Positions 45,446-54,900 of a stretch of 64,000 nt of DNA are shown piece after piece. How positions within the stretch are numbered: the stretch's first letter is position 1; each line of letters begins with the position of its first letter. Below the pieces are notes generated by a model. The model ran no database searches. It saw nothing but the letters and a program-made list of their open reading frames with translations, and was not told the DNA's origin. Source of the DNA: Candidatus Latescibacterota bacterium (GTDB lineage: Bacteria; Latescibacterota; UBA2968; UBA8231); contig OZ241362.1 of assembly GCA_965200315.1 (NCBI GenBank), forward strand, positions 1,632,001 through 1,696,000, in the 5' to 3' direction. The translations under genes were made by a program, and so were the position numbers.

Positions 45446-47346
45446 GCTCCTTGCACCCAACCTACCGCGCCCTGTTGCTGGGCACCCTCGGCTGCCTGCT
45501 GGTCGGGGCCGGTTCCCAGTACACCGACATGATGCTCAAGCGCTCCGGTTTCACCGGGTGGTACTACACGCCGGGTGCGCTGATCATCCTGTTCCTCGTA
45601 GTACTGGTCGCCAACCCGCTCGCGGGACTCATGCGTCGGCGATGGATGTTGACCCCGGCCGAACTGGCGCAGATGTACGTGATGTGGATCGTCGGCTCAG
45701 CAGTGGCCACCTGCGGCATTGTCTCCTATCTGCTGCCGATGCTGACCAGCGTCGTGTACTACGCTAGCCCAGAAAATAACTGGACCTACGAACTGCTGCC
45801 GTTGATCCCGGATTGGGCCATTCCCAGCAAGGAATTGGGCGAGGTCAAGGATTTCTACGAGGGCGGGGCCGACAGCGTGCCCTGGCGGATGTGGCTTCCC
45901 CCCCTGCTCCACTGGTTGCCTTTCGCCCTCTCCCTGCACATTGCGATGATCGCCATCATGGTCATCCTGCGAAGGCAATGGGTCCAGCACGAGCGCCTGA
46001 TCTTCCCCATGACCCAACTGCCGATCGCCATGATCCAAGACGGGCAATCCCCGGCCCTGATCAAACCGCTGTTCAAGAGTGGGCTGTTCTGGCTCGGATT
46101 CGCTATTCCCTTCTTCATCCAGAGTTACAACGGCGTCAACCGCCACTTTCCCTTCCTGCCCCAGATCGCTATCGGGGGGTATTACCTCTATTTCCTCGAA
46201 GACCAGCTGCGCCTGCGGATCGGCATCAATTTCATGATGATCGGCTTCACGTACCTAGTGCGGCGCGAAGTTTCGCTGGGATTTTGGGTCTTTGCGATCA
46301 TCAACTTCGCCCAAGAGGCAGTGATGATCGTCTTGGGGGTCGAGCGCCACGAACCCCTGTTCAGCCCCTTCTCCCGCGGGGGCACCCTTGCCTCGCACCA
46401 GGGGTTCGGGGCCTTTGTCGTGCTGGCCCTGTTCAGCCTGTGGAACGGCCGCGGCCACATCGCACAGGTGGTGAGACAGGCATTGGGGCGCGGCCAGCGC
46501 GTGGACGACAGCGACGAAATTCTCTCCTACCGGGCAGCCGTGCTGCTGCTGTTGGGTTGTGTGATCTTCATGGGCTTCTGGCTGTGGCAGACGGGCCTGC
46601 CAGCGTGGATCGCGGTGATCTTTCTCTTTCTGGCCTTCATCCTGTTTCTCGGCATCACCCGGATCATCTCCGAAGGGGGCCTGCCCTACCTGCTGGCGCC
46701 GATGGTAGCTTCCGACGTAGTCGTTGGCGGGATCGGCACCCGGGCCTTGGGAGCAACCGGCATCGCCGCCCTGTCTCTCACCTACATGTGGGCCAGCGAC
46801 ATCATCACCTTCGTCATGGTCTCCTGCGCCAACGGGCTCAAGGTGGTCGAAGAGCACGTCAAGCGGGGGCGGCGGTTCATCTTCCCGAGTCTGGTGGTGG
46901 CACTGATCGCGACCATGTGCAGTTCGGCTTGGGTGCTGCTGACCATTGCCTACGAGCACGGCGGGCACAACACCTCCCACTATTTCGCCGGGCAATCGCA
47001 GTATCCCTTTGAGGACGCCTTGGCCCGATTGCGCACCAGTGTGGGGCCTCAGTGGGAATACTGGGGATATATGGCCATCGGCGGTGGAATCATGGGCGGG
47101 CTGATAATGCTGCGCCAGCAATTCGTCTGGTGGCCTCTACACCCGATCGGCTTTCCCATCAGCCTAGTGATTCACAAGATGTTCTTCACGGTGCTGGTGG
47201 CTTGGCTTCTAAAGACCGCGATACTTCGCTACGGCGGTCCCAAGCAGTTCAGCCGGCTGCGGCCGTTTTTCCTCGGACTCATCCTCGGAGACTTCTTCCC
47301 GTTGGCCTTCCTGTTGCTGCTCGACCAGTTGGCGGCGCGGTTGTGA
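45442..47346 (+). CDS. Polytopic membrane protein, DUF6785/DUF6784-like (putative transporter)
   Basis: ELAQMYVM, YYASPENNW, ILRRQWVQHERLIFPM, WWPLHPIGF, ILRYGG...LRPFFLGLILG; many TM segments; family name recalled, not searched. Confidence 0.75.
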   Translation: MSSLHPTYRALLLGTLGCLLVGAGSQYTDMMLKRSGFTGWYYTPGALIILFLVVLVANPLAGLMRRRWMLTPAELAQMYVMWIVGSAVATCGIVSYLLPMLTSVVYYASPENNWTYELLPLIPDWAIPSKELGEVKDFYEGGADSVPWRMWLPPLLHWLPFALSLHIAMIAIMVILRRQWVQHERLIFPMTQLPIAMIQDGQSPALIKPLFKSGLFWLGFAIPFFIQSYNGVNRHFPFLPQIAIGGYYLYFLEDQLRLRIGINFMMIGFTYLVRREVSLGFWVFAIINFAQEAVMIVLGVERHEPLFSPFSRGGTLASHQGFGAFVVLALFSLWNGRGHIAQVVRQALGRGQRVDDSDEILSYRAAVLLLLGCVIFMGFWLWQTGLPAWIAVIFLFLAFILFLGITRIISEGGLPYLLAPMVASDVVVGGIGTRALGATGIAALSLTYMWASDIITFVMVSCANGLKVVEEHVKRGRRFIFPSLVVALIATMCSSAWVLLTIAYEHGGHNTSHYFAGQSQYPFEDALARLRTSVGPQWEYWGYMAIGGGIMGGLIMLRQQFVWWPLHPIGFPISLVIHKMFFTVLVAWLLKTAILRYGGPKQFSRLRPFFLGLILGDFFPLAFLLLLDQLAARL

Positions 47347-47356
47347 AGCAAGCGGG

Positions 47357-49351
47357 CTAGTAGTGGTGGGAGAAGACCGGGACTTTGTTGCCAGTGCCAC
47401 CGACCAGCAAGTCGACCACGAGCCAAAACGCGGAGCAGGTAATCTGCCCCAAGATAAAACCGAGAAAGAGGGGTCGCAGGGTGCGGTAGAGCCGGACCCC
47501 ACCGTACTTGAGGATGAAAGCCTTCAGGACCGATCCCAAGAAGATGCTGAACCAGCTCGCCGAGGTCATGTTGGTGGCGCTGACGGCAAAGCCGATATAG
47601 TGTACGGGCCACCACAGGAAATGGTGCCGGGCCCATATAAGAGCGGTCATGACCGCGCCGCCGATGCCGGTGAACAACAGCCGCGGGCCCATCACGTCGA
47701 AAGGCTCCAGCAGGCTGACGGGGTTCAGAATTTTGTAGGCGGTGAAGCTGGCGGGCCCCTTGGCCATGGCCTGATACGCCCACAGCTCCAGATTGATGCC
47801 ACCGTGCTCGTAGGCGAGGTAGATGACGAGCCAGACCGAGGAAAGCAGGCTGACGAGCATGGCCACGACCATCGCCCAGAACAGGGGAAGCCGGAGTGCT
47901 CCGACGCTCTCGGCCAACTTCATGCCGTTGATGGCCGAGGCCATGAGCAGGATGCGCAGATTGCCGGCCCAGCTAAAGGTCATGGCCAAGCTGAAGATGC
48001 CAGACGACGTGACGGAACCCGTGCCGAGAAAGTTGATGACGATGGGCTGGGACGTCATCTGGGGCCGGATGAAACCCAAGCCGCTCTCGGCGATGAGGCG
48101 GGCCATGAACAGAAAGACCCCAAACGCCACCAGCAGGAAGACGATGGTCACCCACAGCGGCACCCCCGACACGGTGAGCCAAACCGTCGCGTACAGGCTG
48201 CAGACGCCCAGCAGCAGGGCGGCCGCCCGGTAGGAAAGCATCTCGCCGCTGTCGTCAATGGCGTTGGGGCCGCCGGAACGCCAGACTTTGCGGGCGACCG
48301 CCTTGAGGTGATTGCGGGCCGTCCAGATGCCGTACGCAATGAGGGCCAGCATGGCACCCATGCCTTGGTGCGCCAGCATCAAGGTCCCCTCCATGAACTT
48401 CTCGATTTCCCCGGACAGCCGGTAGCCGATGGTGTACTGGAGTCCCATCTGCAGGTTGGCCAGCAAGTGGAACACCCAGAGGCTGGAGGCCAGCGCGAAG
48501 CTGAGGAAGTACGCCAAGCCGAGGACGGTAAAGCTGAGGAGGATTTCGAGGGCACCGAAGTCGCGCAAGGGTACGATGACAGTGTACAGGCTGACCTTGG
48601 GAATGACCGGAAAATAGAAATTCAGTCCGTGAGTACTCATCAAGCAGAACGGCACCAAGAAGCCAACCCACATGAGCGGACTCTTCAGGAAGGGGCCGAA
48701 GCGATCGCCGGGCCGGCCCTCTTCGGTCATCTGCAACGGCAGTTGCACGAGCGGGAAGAGCAGGCGCTCGTGGTCCACCCACTGCCGGCGCAGCAGCACC
48801 ATCAGCGCGATCATCATCAGGTATATGGCCACAATGAAGGTGAGCCAAGCCGCCAGCGGCACCACCCAAGCACTCCAAGGGATGGCCGCGCCTTCGGGCA
48901 GGCCCTCAAAGAAATAGGTGACGGCCTCGCGGTCATGAACCACCAGCCAGCGGTGAATGTGGGGGTGGACGAGCTCGGACCAGTCGTTCTCGGGCGTGGC
49001 GAAGTAGTAAACCGCCGGGAGCATCGGGATGAGGTTGGCCGAAAAGCCCCAAGTGGGAATGGTCGAGGCGATGATGAGCATCGCGTAGATCACGGCCAGT
49101 TCGCCGCGATTGAAGCCCCAAGGCCGATGTACCAGCTTGAGCAACGGATTGAGAAAAGCGATGAGGAGGAAGAAGACGGCCACGGCCCCAGCGGTGATGT
49201 AGTCCGAGGACATACCGGCCGTAGACAGGGCCAGCCGACAGTACGCAAAGCCGACGCTGATGAGCAGGGACAACAAGGCCCCGGCGACGATGCTGCGGGC
49301 AAAGCGCAACGGGGTCGCGCCAACGGCTTGTGGGATGCAGGAAGCGGCCAT
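47357..49351 (-). CDS. Polytopic membrane protein, DUF6785/DUF6784-like (paralog)
   Basis: ELAVIYAM, YYFATPENDW, LLRRQWVDHERLLFPL, WWPVHYIGF, ILKYGG...LRPLFLGFILG. Confidence 0.78.
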   Translation of the reverse strand: MAASCIPQAVGATPLRFARSIVAGALLSLLISVGFAYCRLALSTAGMSSDYITAGAVAVFFLLIAFLNPLLKLVHRPWGFNRGELAVIYAMLIIASTIPTWGFSANLIPMLPAVYYFATPENDWSELVHPHIHRWLVVHDREAVTYFFEGLPEGAAIPWSAWVVPLAAWLTFIVAIYLMMIALMVLLRRQWVDHERLLFPLVQLPLQMTEEGRPGDRFGPFLKSPLMWVGFLVPFCLMSTHGLNFYFPVIPKVSLYTVIVPLRDFGALEILLSFTVLGLAYFLSFALASSLWVFHLLANLQMGLQYTIGYRLSGEIEKFMEGTLMLAHQGMGAMLALIAYGIWTARNHLKAVARKVWRSGGPNAIDDSGEMLSYRAAALLLGVCSLYATVWLTVSGVPLWVTIVFLLVAFGVFLFMARLIAESGLGFIRPQMTSQPIVINFLGTGSVTSSGIFSLAMTFSWAGNLRILLMASAINGMKLAESVGALRLPLFWAMVVAMLVSLLSSVWLVIYLAYEHGGINLELWAYQAMAKGPASFTAYKILNPVSLLEPFDVMGPRLLFTGIGGAVMTALIWARHHFLWWPVHYIGFAVSATNMTSASWFSIFLGSVLKAFILKYGGVRLYRTLRPLFLGFILGQITCSAFWLVVDLLVGGTGNKVPVFSHHY

Positions 49352-49465
49352 GCGGCACCGGAGTTTGTATGGGACGAGTTGACGGCCTGCGGAGAAATCG
49401 CCTGCTTGTTTGGAATAAATTAAAGAAGCGACAATTTATGCGTTGTGTCGACGAGGAAGGAGCTT

Positions 49466-50596
49466 ATGACCCAAGACAACCGGACCTATCGCGTCGCCTT
49501 GATCGGCTGCGGCCGCAAGGGGCACGGACACGCCCGAGGGTACGCAGGCAATCCGCGCACCGAGGTCGTCGCGGCCGCCGACCCGGACGCCGACAATCTG
49601 AAGCTGTTTCTGGACTACTTTCCCGTGCCGGGGTATGCCGACTACCGCGAGCTGCTCGCCCAAGAAGAAATCGACATCGCCGCCCCGATCTTGCCGGTGC
49701 AGCCCAATCCGCAGGTCGTCCTCGACTGCTCCAAGGCCGGCGTCAAGGCCATTTACTGCGAAAAGCCGATGGCGGCAAGTCTGGCGGAAGCCGACGCCAT
49801 GGTTCAGGCCTGCGCATCGCGGGGCATTGCCTTTGCCTCGGGGGACGCCTACCGCAACATGCCCCAGCATTGGAAGGTCAAGGGCCTCATAGACTCAGGC
49901 GACCTCGGGGAGTTGTGCAGCATCAATCTGTACCAGTCCACCAACGAGATCTCGGGGGGCGGCTGCCAAGGGCTCAGCGTCCTGCGCCTGTTCGCCGACG
50001 ACGCCGACGTGGAATGGGTGACCGGCTGGTGCCTCGGCGACCCGTTTTCGGACGACGACCAAGGCATGGGCGGGCACATCCGCTTCGCCAACGGCGCGGA
50101 CGCCTTCATCCACACCAAACGCTCGCCGCTCGAGGGTATTGAGGTCGTGTGTAGCAAGGGCGTGTACCATTCGACCTGGAAAAGCGGGCGGCTCTGGCGG
50201 GGCGCGCCTCACGAGAAGCTAGTGGAGGAGGAAGGTTTCTTCGCAGAATTCGGCGACCAAGAAGACTGGATCAACCCCAGCGGTACACGCCAGCGCAGCG
50301 GCATCCAGTCCATCGTCGAGGCCCTCGACCAAGGCATTGAACCCCGCTGTAGCGGGGCCAACATGCGCCAAGTGCTCGAGATTGCCATCGGCTTGCGCCA
50401 GTCGCATCGCGATCATCACGCCCCCGTCCGCTTCCCCATCCAAGACCGCAGCCAGAAAATCATCCCGGCGATAAGCCGCTTTCTTAACAAGAAGGAGACC
50501 CTAGGCGAAAAGCGGTATAGCGAGCAAATCGCAGCGGCGGCCGACAAACCGCTCGGTGGGGCCGCCATGGACCAACGATCAAGGAGGCTACCATGA
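49466..50596 (+). CDS. Gfo/Idh/MocA family oxidoreductase
   Basis: AAGGAG RBS, VALIGCGRKG and IYCEKPMA motifs. Confidence 0.9.
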   Translation: MTQDNRTYRVALIGCGRKGHGHARGYAGNPRTEVVAAADPDADNLKLFLDYFPVPGYADYRELLAQEEIDIAAPILPVQPNPQVVLDCSKAGVKAIYCEKPMAASLAEADAMVQACASRGIAFASGDAYRNMPQHWKVKGLIDSGDLGELCSINLYQSTNEISGGGCQGLSVLRLFADDADVEWVTGWCLGDPFSDDDQGMGGHIRFANGADAFIHTKRSPLEGIEVVCSKGVYHSTWKSGRLWRGAPHEKLVEEEGFFAEFGDQEDWINPSGTRQRSGIQSIVEALDQGIEPRCSGANMRQVLEIAIGLRQSHRDHHAPVRFPIQDRSQKIIPAISRFLNKKETLGEKRYSEQIAAAADKPLGGAAMDQRSRRLP

Positions 50597-52632
50597 CCAA
50601 CATGAGTGCATTGCCGCAGATCACCGCGACCCGGGTGGGTGCGCCGCCGGCCTGGGCCCTACTAGAGCGCAATCTCATCGCCCAGATGGAGGAAGGGGCT
50701 CGGTTCAGGTTTCGCCAGTGTACGGAGCGCGGTGGAGCCATTCTCTACGCCGAGGATTTCGACGATCTCTTCGAGCAATTCTACAACTGGGGCCTGTTCT
50801 ACGCCATGGGCGCAGACGACAGCTTGCTCGAGATGGCGGCGACCGCGTGGAACGCAACCGTCCGAATCAGCGATGAGAACATCGTCCATCGCACCCGGTT
50901 TAACGACCACAAGAAAGTCTTTCGGCCCTCGGCCCGGCGGGAGTTCTGGAATATCGAACAGGCCATGGAGTGGCATCATCTGGGGGAGGGCATGATGGCC
51001 TTGTACGACTTCGGCGTCGCCGACCCGACGATCTCGGAGATGGCCCGGCGCACCCAGCTATTCGCCGGATTCTACACGGGCGAAGACCCGGAGGCTCCCA
51101 ACTACGACCCGGTGCATAAGGTCCTCCGCTCCCCCTTCCAGTCGAGCCAAGGACCGTTGCAGGAAGTGGGGGCCGAGACCGCGCACGCCATGCTCTTGGC
51201 GGGGCGCTGGCTGGGCAGCGAAGTCAACTACTACGGCGTCCGCGCCAGTCTCTACCCAGTTGTGGAAGACCTCGAGCTCGACTGGTGGGAGGACCCGGCG
51301 CGACAGGCGGAGATCGTCGATCTGTTCAACAAGCTGATTCTACAGTCGGACACGCCCAACAACCTCGGCGCCACCGCGCTGGTGACCCACGCCTACTTGT
51401 ACACCGGCGACGAAAAGTACAAACGCTGGGTGCTGGACTACACCGAGGCGTGGATGGAGCGGGCCGCGCAAAACGGCGGCATCATGCCCGACAACGTGGG
51501 TCCCAACGGCATCATCGGCGAGCGTCGCAGCGGCAACTTCTGGGGTGGTCAGTACGGTTGGAACCACTATCAGGGCTTCAACATCATGTTTCACAGCCTC
51601 AACATCGCCGCCGAATGCGCTCTGCTGCTGACCGGCGACTTCGGCTATCTCGATCTGCTCCGCGATCAGGTCAAAATCCTCCTCAATGCCTCCATCGAGC
51701 GAGAGGACGGTCAGCTTATTATGCCGACGCGCTACGGCCCCTCTGGCTGGCAGTACGACCCACCCCTGCCGCGGCGGGAAGACACCATCGTGCCGATGCG
51801 CCACGTTTACACCGGCCCAATTCCCTGGCGCATGCAGGAGCTGGCCCACCTGTACCACGCCTCTATGGCGCAGGAGGATTACGAGCTGATCGAGCGGGTG
51901 CGCGAGGGGGAGGTCGAGCGCGACTGGAATTCTGTTGGCGCGGTTGCCGGCGAAAAGAACGGGGGACAGACCGAGTTCGCCCGGTTCCAGTACTACGACG
52001 GCAAGAACCCGGACTGGCCCGAGCAGATCTTGGCGGCCGAGTCCGAGTGGTCCATGCAGGCCATTGACCGGATGCACAAGGACCAGCGCACCGTAATCGA
52101 AAGACTGCAGAAAAACGCCATTCCCGACAACCCGGTCTTTACCAAGGGCCTCACCCAAGTGACGATGGGGGCACCCCAGTCCATCTACAACGGCGGGCTG
52201 CTGCGCGCCACAGTTCGCTACTACGACCGAGACGAGCAGCGTCCCGGGCTACCGCCGGACGTCGCCGCCCTCGTCGATCATCTCGCAGCCGACGCCGTAG
52301 GGGTCCAGCTCGTGAACTGCAGCCGGGAAGAGGAGCGACGGTTGATCGTGCAGGCGGGGGCCTTTGGGGAGCACACCTTCACGAAGGTGAGAGCGGAGCA
52401 TGGCGAGGGAGCGGCTCCGGCCATAACGCCCGTAAACGGCCGGTACGTCGCCGTCAATCTTCCGCCCGCGACCCAGGTGAGCCTCAACGCCGGTCTCTCT
52501 CGGTTCAGCAACAAGCCGAGTTACGCCTTCCCTTGGCACGGCGATGAGATCCCGATCCCGTTTCCCGTAAACGCGGGTACAACCGGCCAATCGGGTTCGG
52601 CGTACGTAGCACCGTCTCAGTCAGCGTCCTAG
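50593..52632 (+). CDS. Uncharacterised cytoplasmic protein, paralog of 23420-25450
   Basis: AAGGAGG RBS, ATGA-coupled to the oxidoreductase; shared motifs WHHLGEG, RPGLPPDVAALVD and PSYAFPWHG. Confidence 0.85.
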   Translation: MTNMSALPQITATRVGAPPAWALLERNLIAQMEEGARFRFRQCTERGGAILYAEDFDDLFEQFYNWGLFYAMGADDSLLEMAATAWNATVRISDENIVHRTRFNDHKKVFRPSARREFWNIEQAMEWHHLGEGMMALYDFGVADPTISEMARRTQLFAGFYTGEDPEAPNYDPVHKVLRSPFQSSQGPLQEVGAETAHAMLLAGRWLGSEVNYYGVRASLYPVVEDLELDWWEDPARQAEIVDLFNKLILQSDTPNNLGATALVTHAYLYTGDEKYKRWVLDYTEAWMERAAQNGGIMPDNVGPNGIIGERRSGNFWGGQYGWNHYQGFNIMFHSLNIAAECALLLTGDFGYLDLLRDQVKILLNASIEREDGQLIMPTRYGPSGWQYDPPLPRREDTIVPMRHVYTGPIPWRMQELAHLYHASMAQEDYELIERVREGEVERDWNSVGAVAGEKNGGQTEFARFQYYDGKNPDWPEQILAAESEWSMQAIDRMHKDQRTVIERLQKNAIPDNPVFTKGLTQVTMGAPQSIYNGGLLRATVRYYDRDEQRPGLPPDVAALVDHLAADAVGVQLVNCSREEERRLIVQAGAFGEHTFTKVRAEHGEGAAPAITPVNGRYVAVNLPPATQVSLNAGLSRFSNKPSYAFPWHGDEIPIPFPVNAGTTGQSGSAYVAPSQSAS

Positions 52633-53789
52633 GCCGAGGCCAGCACCCGCACGACGTTTTCCCCCATAATCTTGGCCGCGTCCGTCTCGGAATAGCTATG
52701 GTCGATCAACGCTGCGGTGTACTCCTTCCACTGCGGCACACTTTGTGCATGCGAGGAAAGGCCGACATGGTCGATTCCCACTGCGTTGATTACATGGTCA
52801 ATGGTGACTAGGTCGAGCTTGGTGTCCCACACCTCCGCGTCGGCCAACTTGGCCCGGGCGCGCTCGAACGGGTCGGGGTAGTGCTGGTGCAGGGCGTCGT
52901 CGCGCTTGCGCCGGGCCTCGTGTCGTTCGCGAGGAGTTCGCGGCGTCGGTGCCAAGACGCAAACCACGCCTCCCCCATCTGCTACTCCCCGCATCAGGTC
53001 GTCTGGCATGTCGCGCAGACTCCGGCTGAGAGCCCGGGCTTTGGTGTGGGTGGCTATCATTGGTTTCGTCGCCACTGTTAGGGCATCTCTGCAGGTGTAG
53101 TCGGAGCAGTGCGCCAAGTCGACGAGCATGCCAAGTTCGTTGCAGGTGCGGATCACATCGCGCCCCAAGTAGGTCAAGCCGGGGCGATCGTTCAACTCGG
53201 TGCTGGAGTCGGCCCAAGAGGTCGCGCTCAAGTGGCTGGGGCACATGACCCGTATGCCCTCGCGGTAAAACTCGCGGAGCACATCGAGACGGTCCGCGAT
53301 AAAGCCACTCATCAGCATCAGCACCATCGCGATCCTGCCGTCGGCGACGATCCTAGAAATGTCATCGCCGGAGCGAGCGATCTCGACGTAGTCCCCGTAG
53401 GCCGCGGCGAACTGCTTGTGCTCTTTGAGGTTCATCACTACGCGCTCAATGAGTTCCTCGCCTTCAAAGAATGGCTTCCACTGCCTAGACCCGCGAGTCG
53501 GTTCGGTTAGGGGATCGGACTCCGGCGTCTCGGCCACGTACTGTTCCTCCACCCCAAACGCTTGGATGACCACGTCGATACGTCCGCGGATATTCTCCTC
53601 TAGATCTACCACAGCCGAGTACGCGTCAACCACGGTGAGCTGCCGATGGAGCTGGTCGTACGGGCCGCGATCGAAGCGGTCATCGAGAACGCAGTGGGTC
53701 GACGCGTCCAGCCTGCCAATTTTTTGGCCAATCGGCAGGCACAGCCTCTCAGTCTCGCGGCTTTCGCCGTACTTAGGTCGCCTAGTCAT
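52629..53789 (-). CDS. Membrane dipeptidase (M19/amidohydrolase)-like protein with atypical active site
   Basis: GLTYLGRDVIRTCNELGMLVDLAH, PMIATHT, RDMPDD, GIDHVGL and KIMGENVVRVL motifs. Confidence 0.8.
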   Translation of the reverse strand: MTRRPKYGESRETERLCLPIGQKIGRLDASTHCVLDDRFDRGPYDQLHRQLTVVDAYSAVVDLEENIRGRIDVVIQAFGVEEQYVAETPESDPLTEPTRGSRQWKPFFEGEELIERVVMNLKEHKQFAAAYGDYVEIARSGDDISRIVADGRIAMVLMLMSGFIADRLDVLREFYREGIRVMCPSHLSATSWADSSTELNDRPGLTYLGRDVIRTCNELGMLVDLAHCSDYTCRDALTVATKPMIATHTKARALSRSLRDMPDDLMRGVADGGGVVCVLAPTPRTPRERHEARRKRDDALHQHYPDPFERARAKLADAEVWDTKLDLVTIDHVINAVGIDHVGLSSHAQSVPQWKEYTAALIDHSYSETDAAKIMGENVVRVLASA

Positions 53790-53844
53790 CCCGATCCCTG
53801 ACGGGCAGATGGCCGATAAAGTATGCCGCGGCAGGTACGCACGG

Positions 53845-54900
53845 CTAGGCCGGACCACCGCTTTCGTTGTTGACTGCCTGCACCAGTGCCCGCATGTAGG
53901 CGATGGAGTACGCGACGCCCACGCGACCTCCTCCCAGCATCTCGGGAATGTGGTCGGGGATGATGGCTCCGTCAAACTCGACAGCGCGCAGGGCCTGCAT
54001 CACGCGGTGCATGTCCTGATAGCCGTCGTCCATCAGGGTTTCGACCCACGGGTCGGGCATGGGGTTGGAGACGTTGCGGAAGTGAATTTTGAAGAGCTTG
54101 TTGCGCACGCCAAAGTAGTGTATCGCCTCTTCAACCGACGCCCCCATGCCCTGCTTGCCGCCCTCCAACCAGCAGCCGACGCACAGACAAACGCCGATAT
54201 TGGAGCTGTCGGCGATGTCCATCGCTCGCTTATACCCGGCAAAATTGCCGAAGATACAGCGGGGTATTCCGCCTAGGGCATAGACCGGCGGGTCGTCGGG
54301 ATGGAGGCCGATATAGACTCCAGCTTCCTCGGCGACCGGCGCGACCTTGCGGATCATGTACTCGTAGTTTTCCCACAGCTCGTCTTCCGTGTAGGCGCGG
54401 CCGTGGGTCAAGTCGCCGCCAAAGGTCTCGCTGCCCCAGCGACCTTTGGCGTTTTTGATGTCGAGGGTCCGTGCGCTCATGCCGCCGCGACAGGTGGTGC
54501 GGCCGCTGCTCCAGATGCCGTTGCCCATGTGGGCGTACGTGTGGTAGCGAATGCCAGCGGCACCGAGGTCGCGGATAAACTGGATTAGCTCTTCGACTTT
54601 CTCGTCGCGGCCGGGCAGGTTAAGCGTGATCTCCGGGACGTTGTGGACCGCGTGATTGGCGATGCGATATATCTGTAGCCCGTAGGCGGCAAAGCGCTCG
54701 GCGAACCATTTGTAGTGTTCGACGCTGTGCAAGGCCGGGTCGTCGATCCCGAGCATGACCCATTCGACGCCGAGTTGTTGGAAGAATTGCAAATCCTCGT
54801 CGCTGGCCTTGTGTGAGGTCTGGACGGCGACTTGGATTCCCGGCTTGCTGGCGTACAAGCCGGGGACAGCACGCAGTGCGTAGGATCTATGAGTGGTCAT
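53845..54900 (-). CDS. uxuA: Mannonate dehydratase (UxuA) family
   Basis: LWENYEY..RKVAPVAEEAGV.IGLHPDDPP, IHFRNV, IPDHIP and AYSIAYMRAL motifs; AAGGAAGG upstream. Confidence 0.85.
   Translation of the reverse strand: MTTHRSYALRAVPGLYASKPGIQVAVQTSHKASDEDLQFFQQLGVEWVMLGIDDPALHSVEHYKWFAERFAAYGLQIYRIANHAVHNVPEITLNLPGRDEKVEELIQFIRDLGAAGIRYHTYAHMGNGIWSSGRTTCRGGMSARTLDIKNAKGRWGSETFGGDLTHGRAYTEDELWENYEYMIRKVAPVAEEAGVYIGLHPDDPPVYALGGIPRCIFGNFAGYKRAMDIADSSNIGVCLCVGCWLEGGKQGMGASVEEAIHYFGVRNKLFKIHFRNVSNPMPDPWVETLMDDGYQDMHRVMQALRAVEFDGAIIPDHIPEMLGGGRVGVAYSIAYMRALVQAVNNESGGPA

Noticed and set aside
47363-49423. 686-aa ORF on the + strand
   Set aside because: It is the antisense shadow of the membrane protein at 47357-49351, which has a clear paralog; long shadow ORFs are expected in GC-rich DNA.
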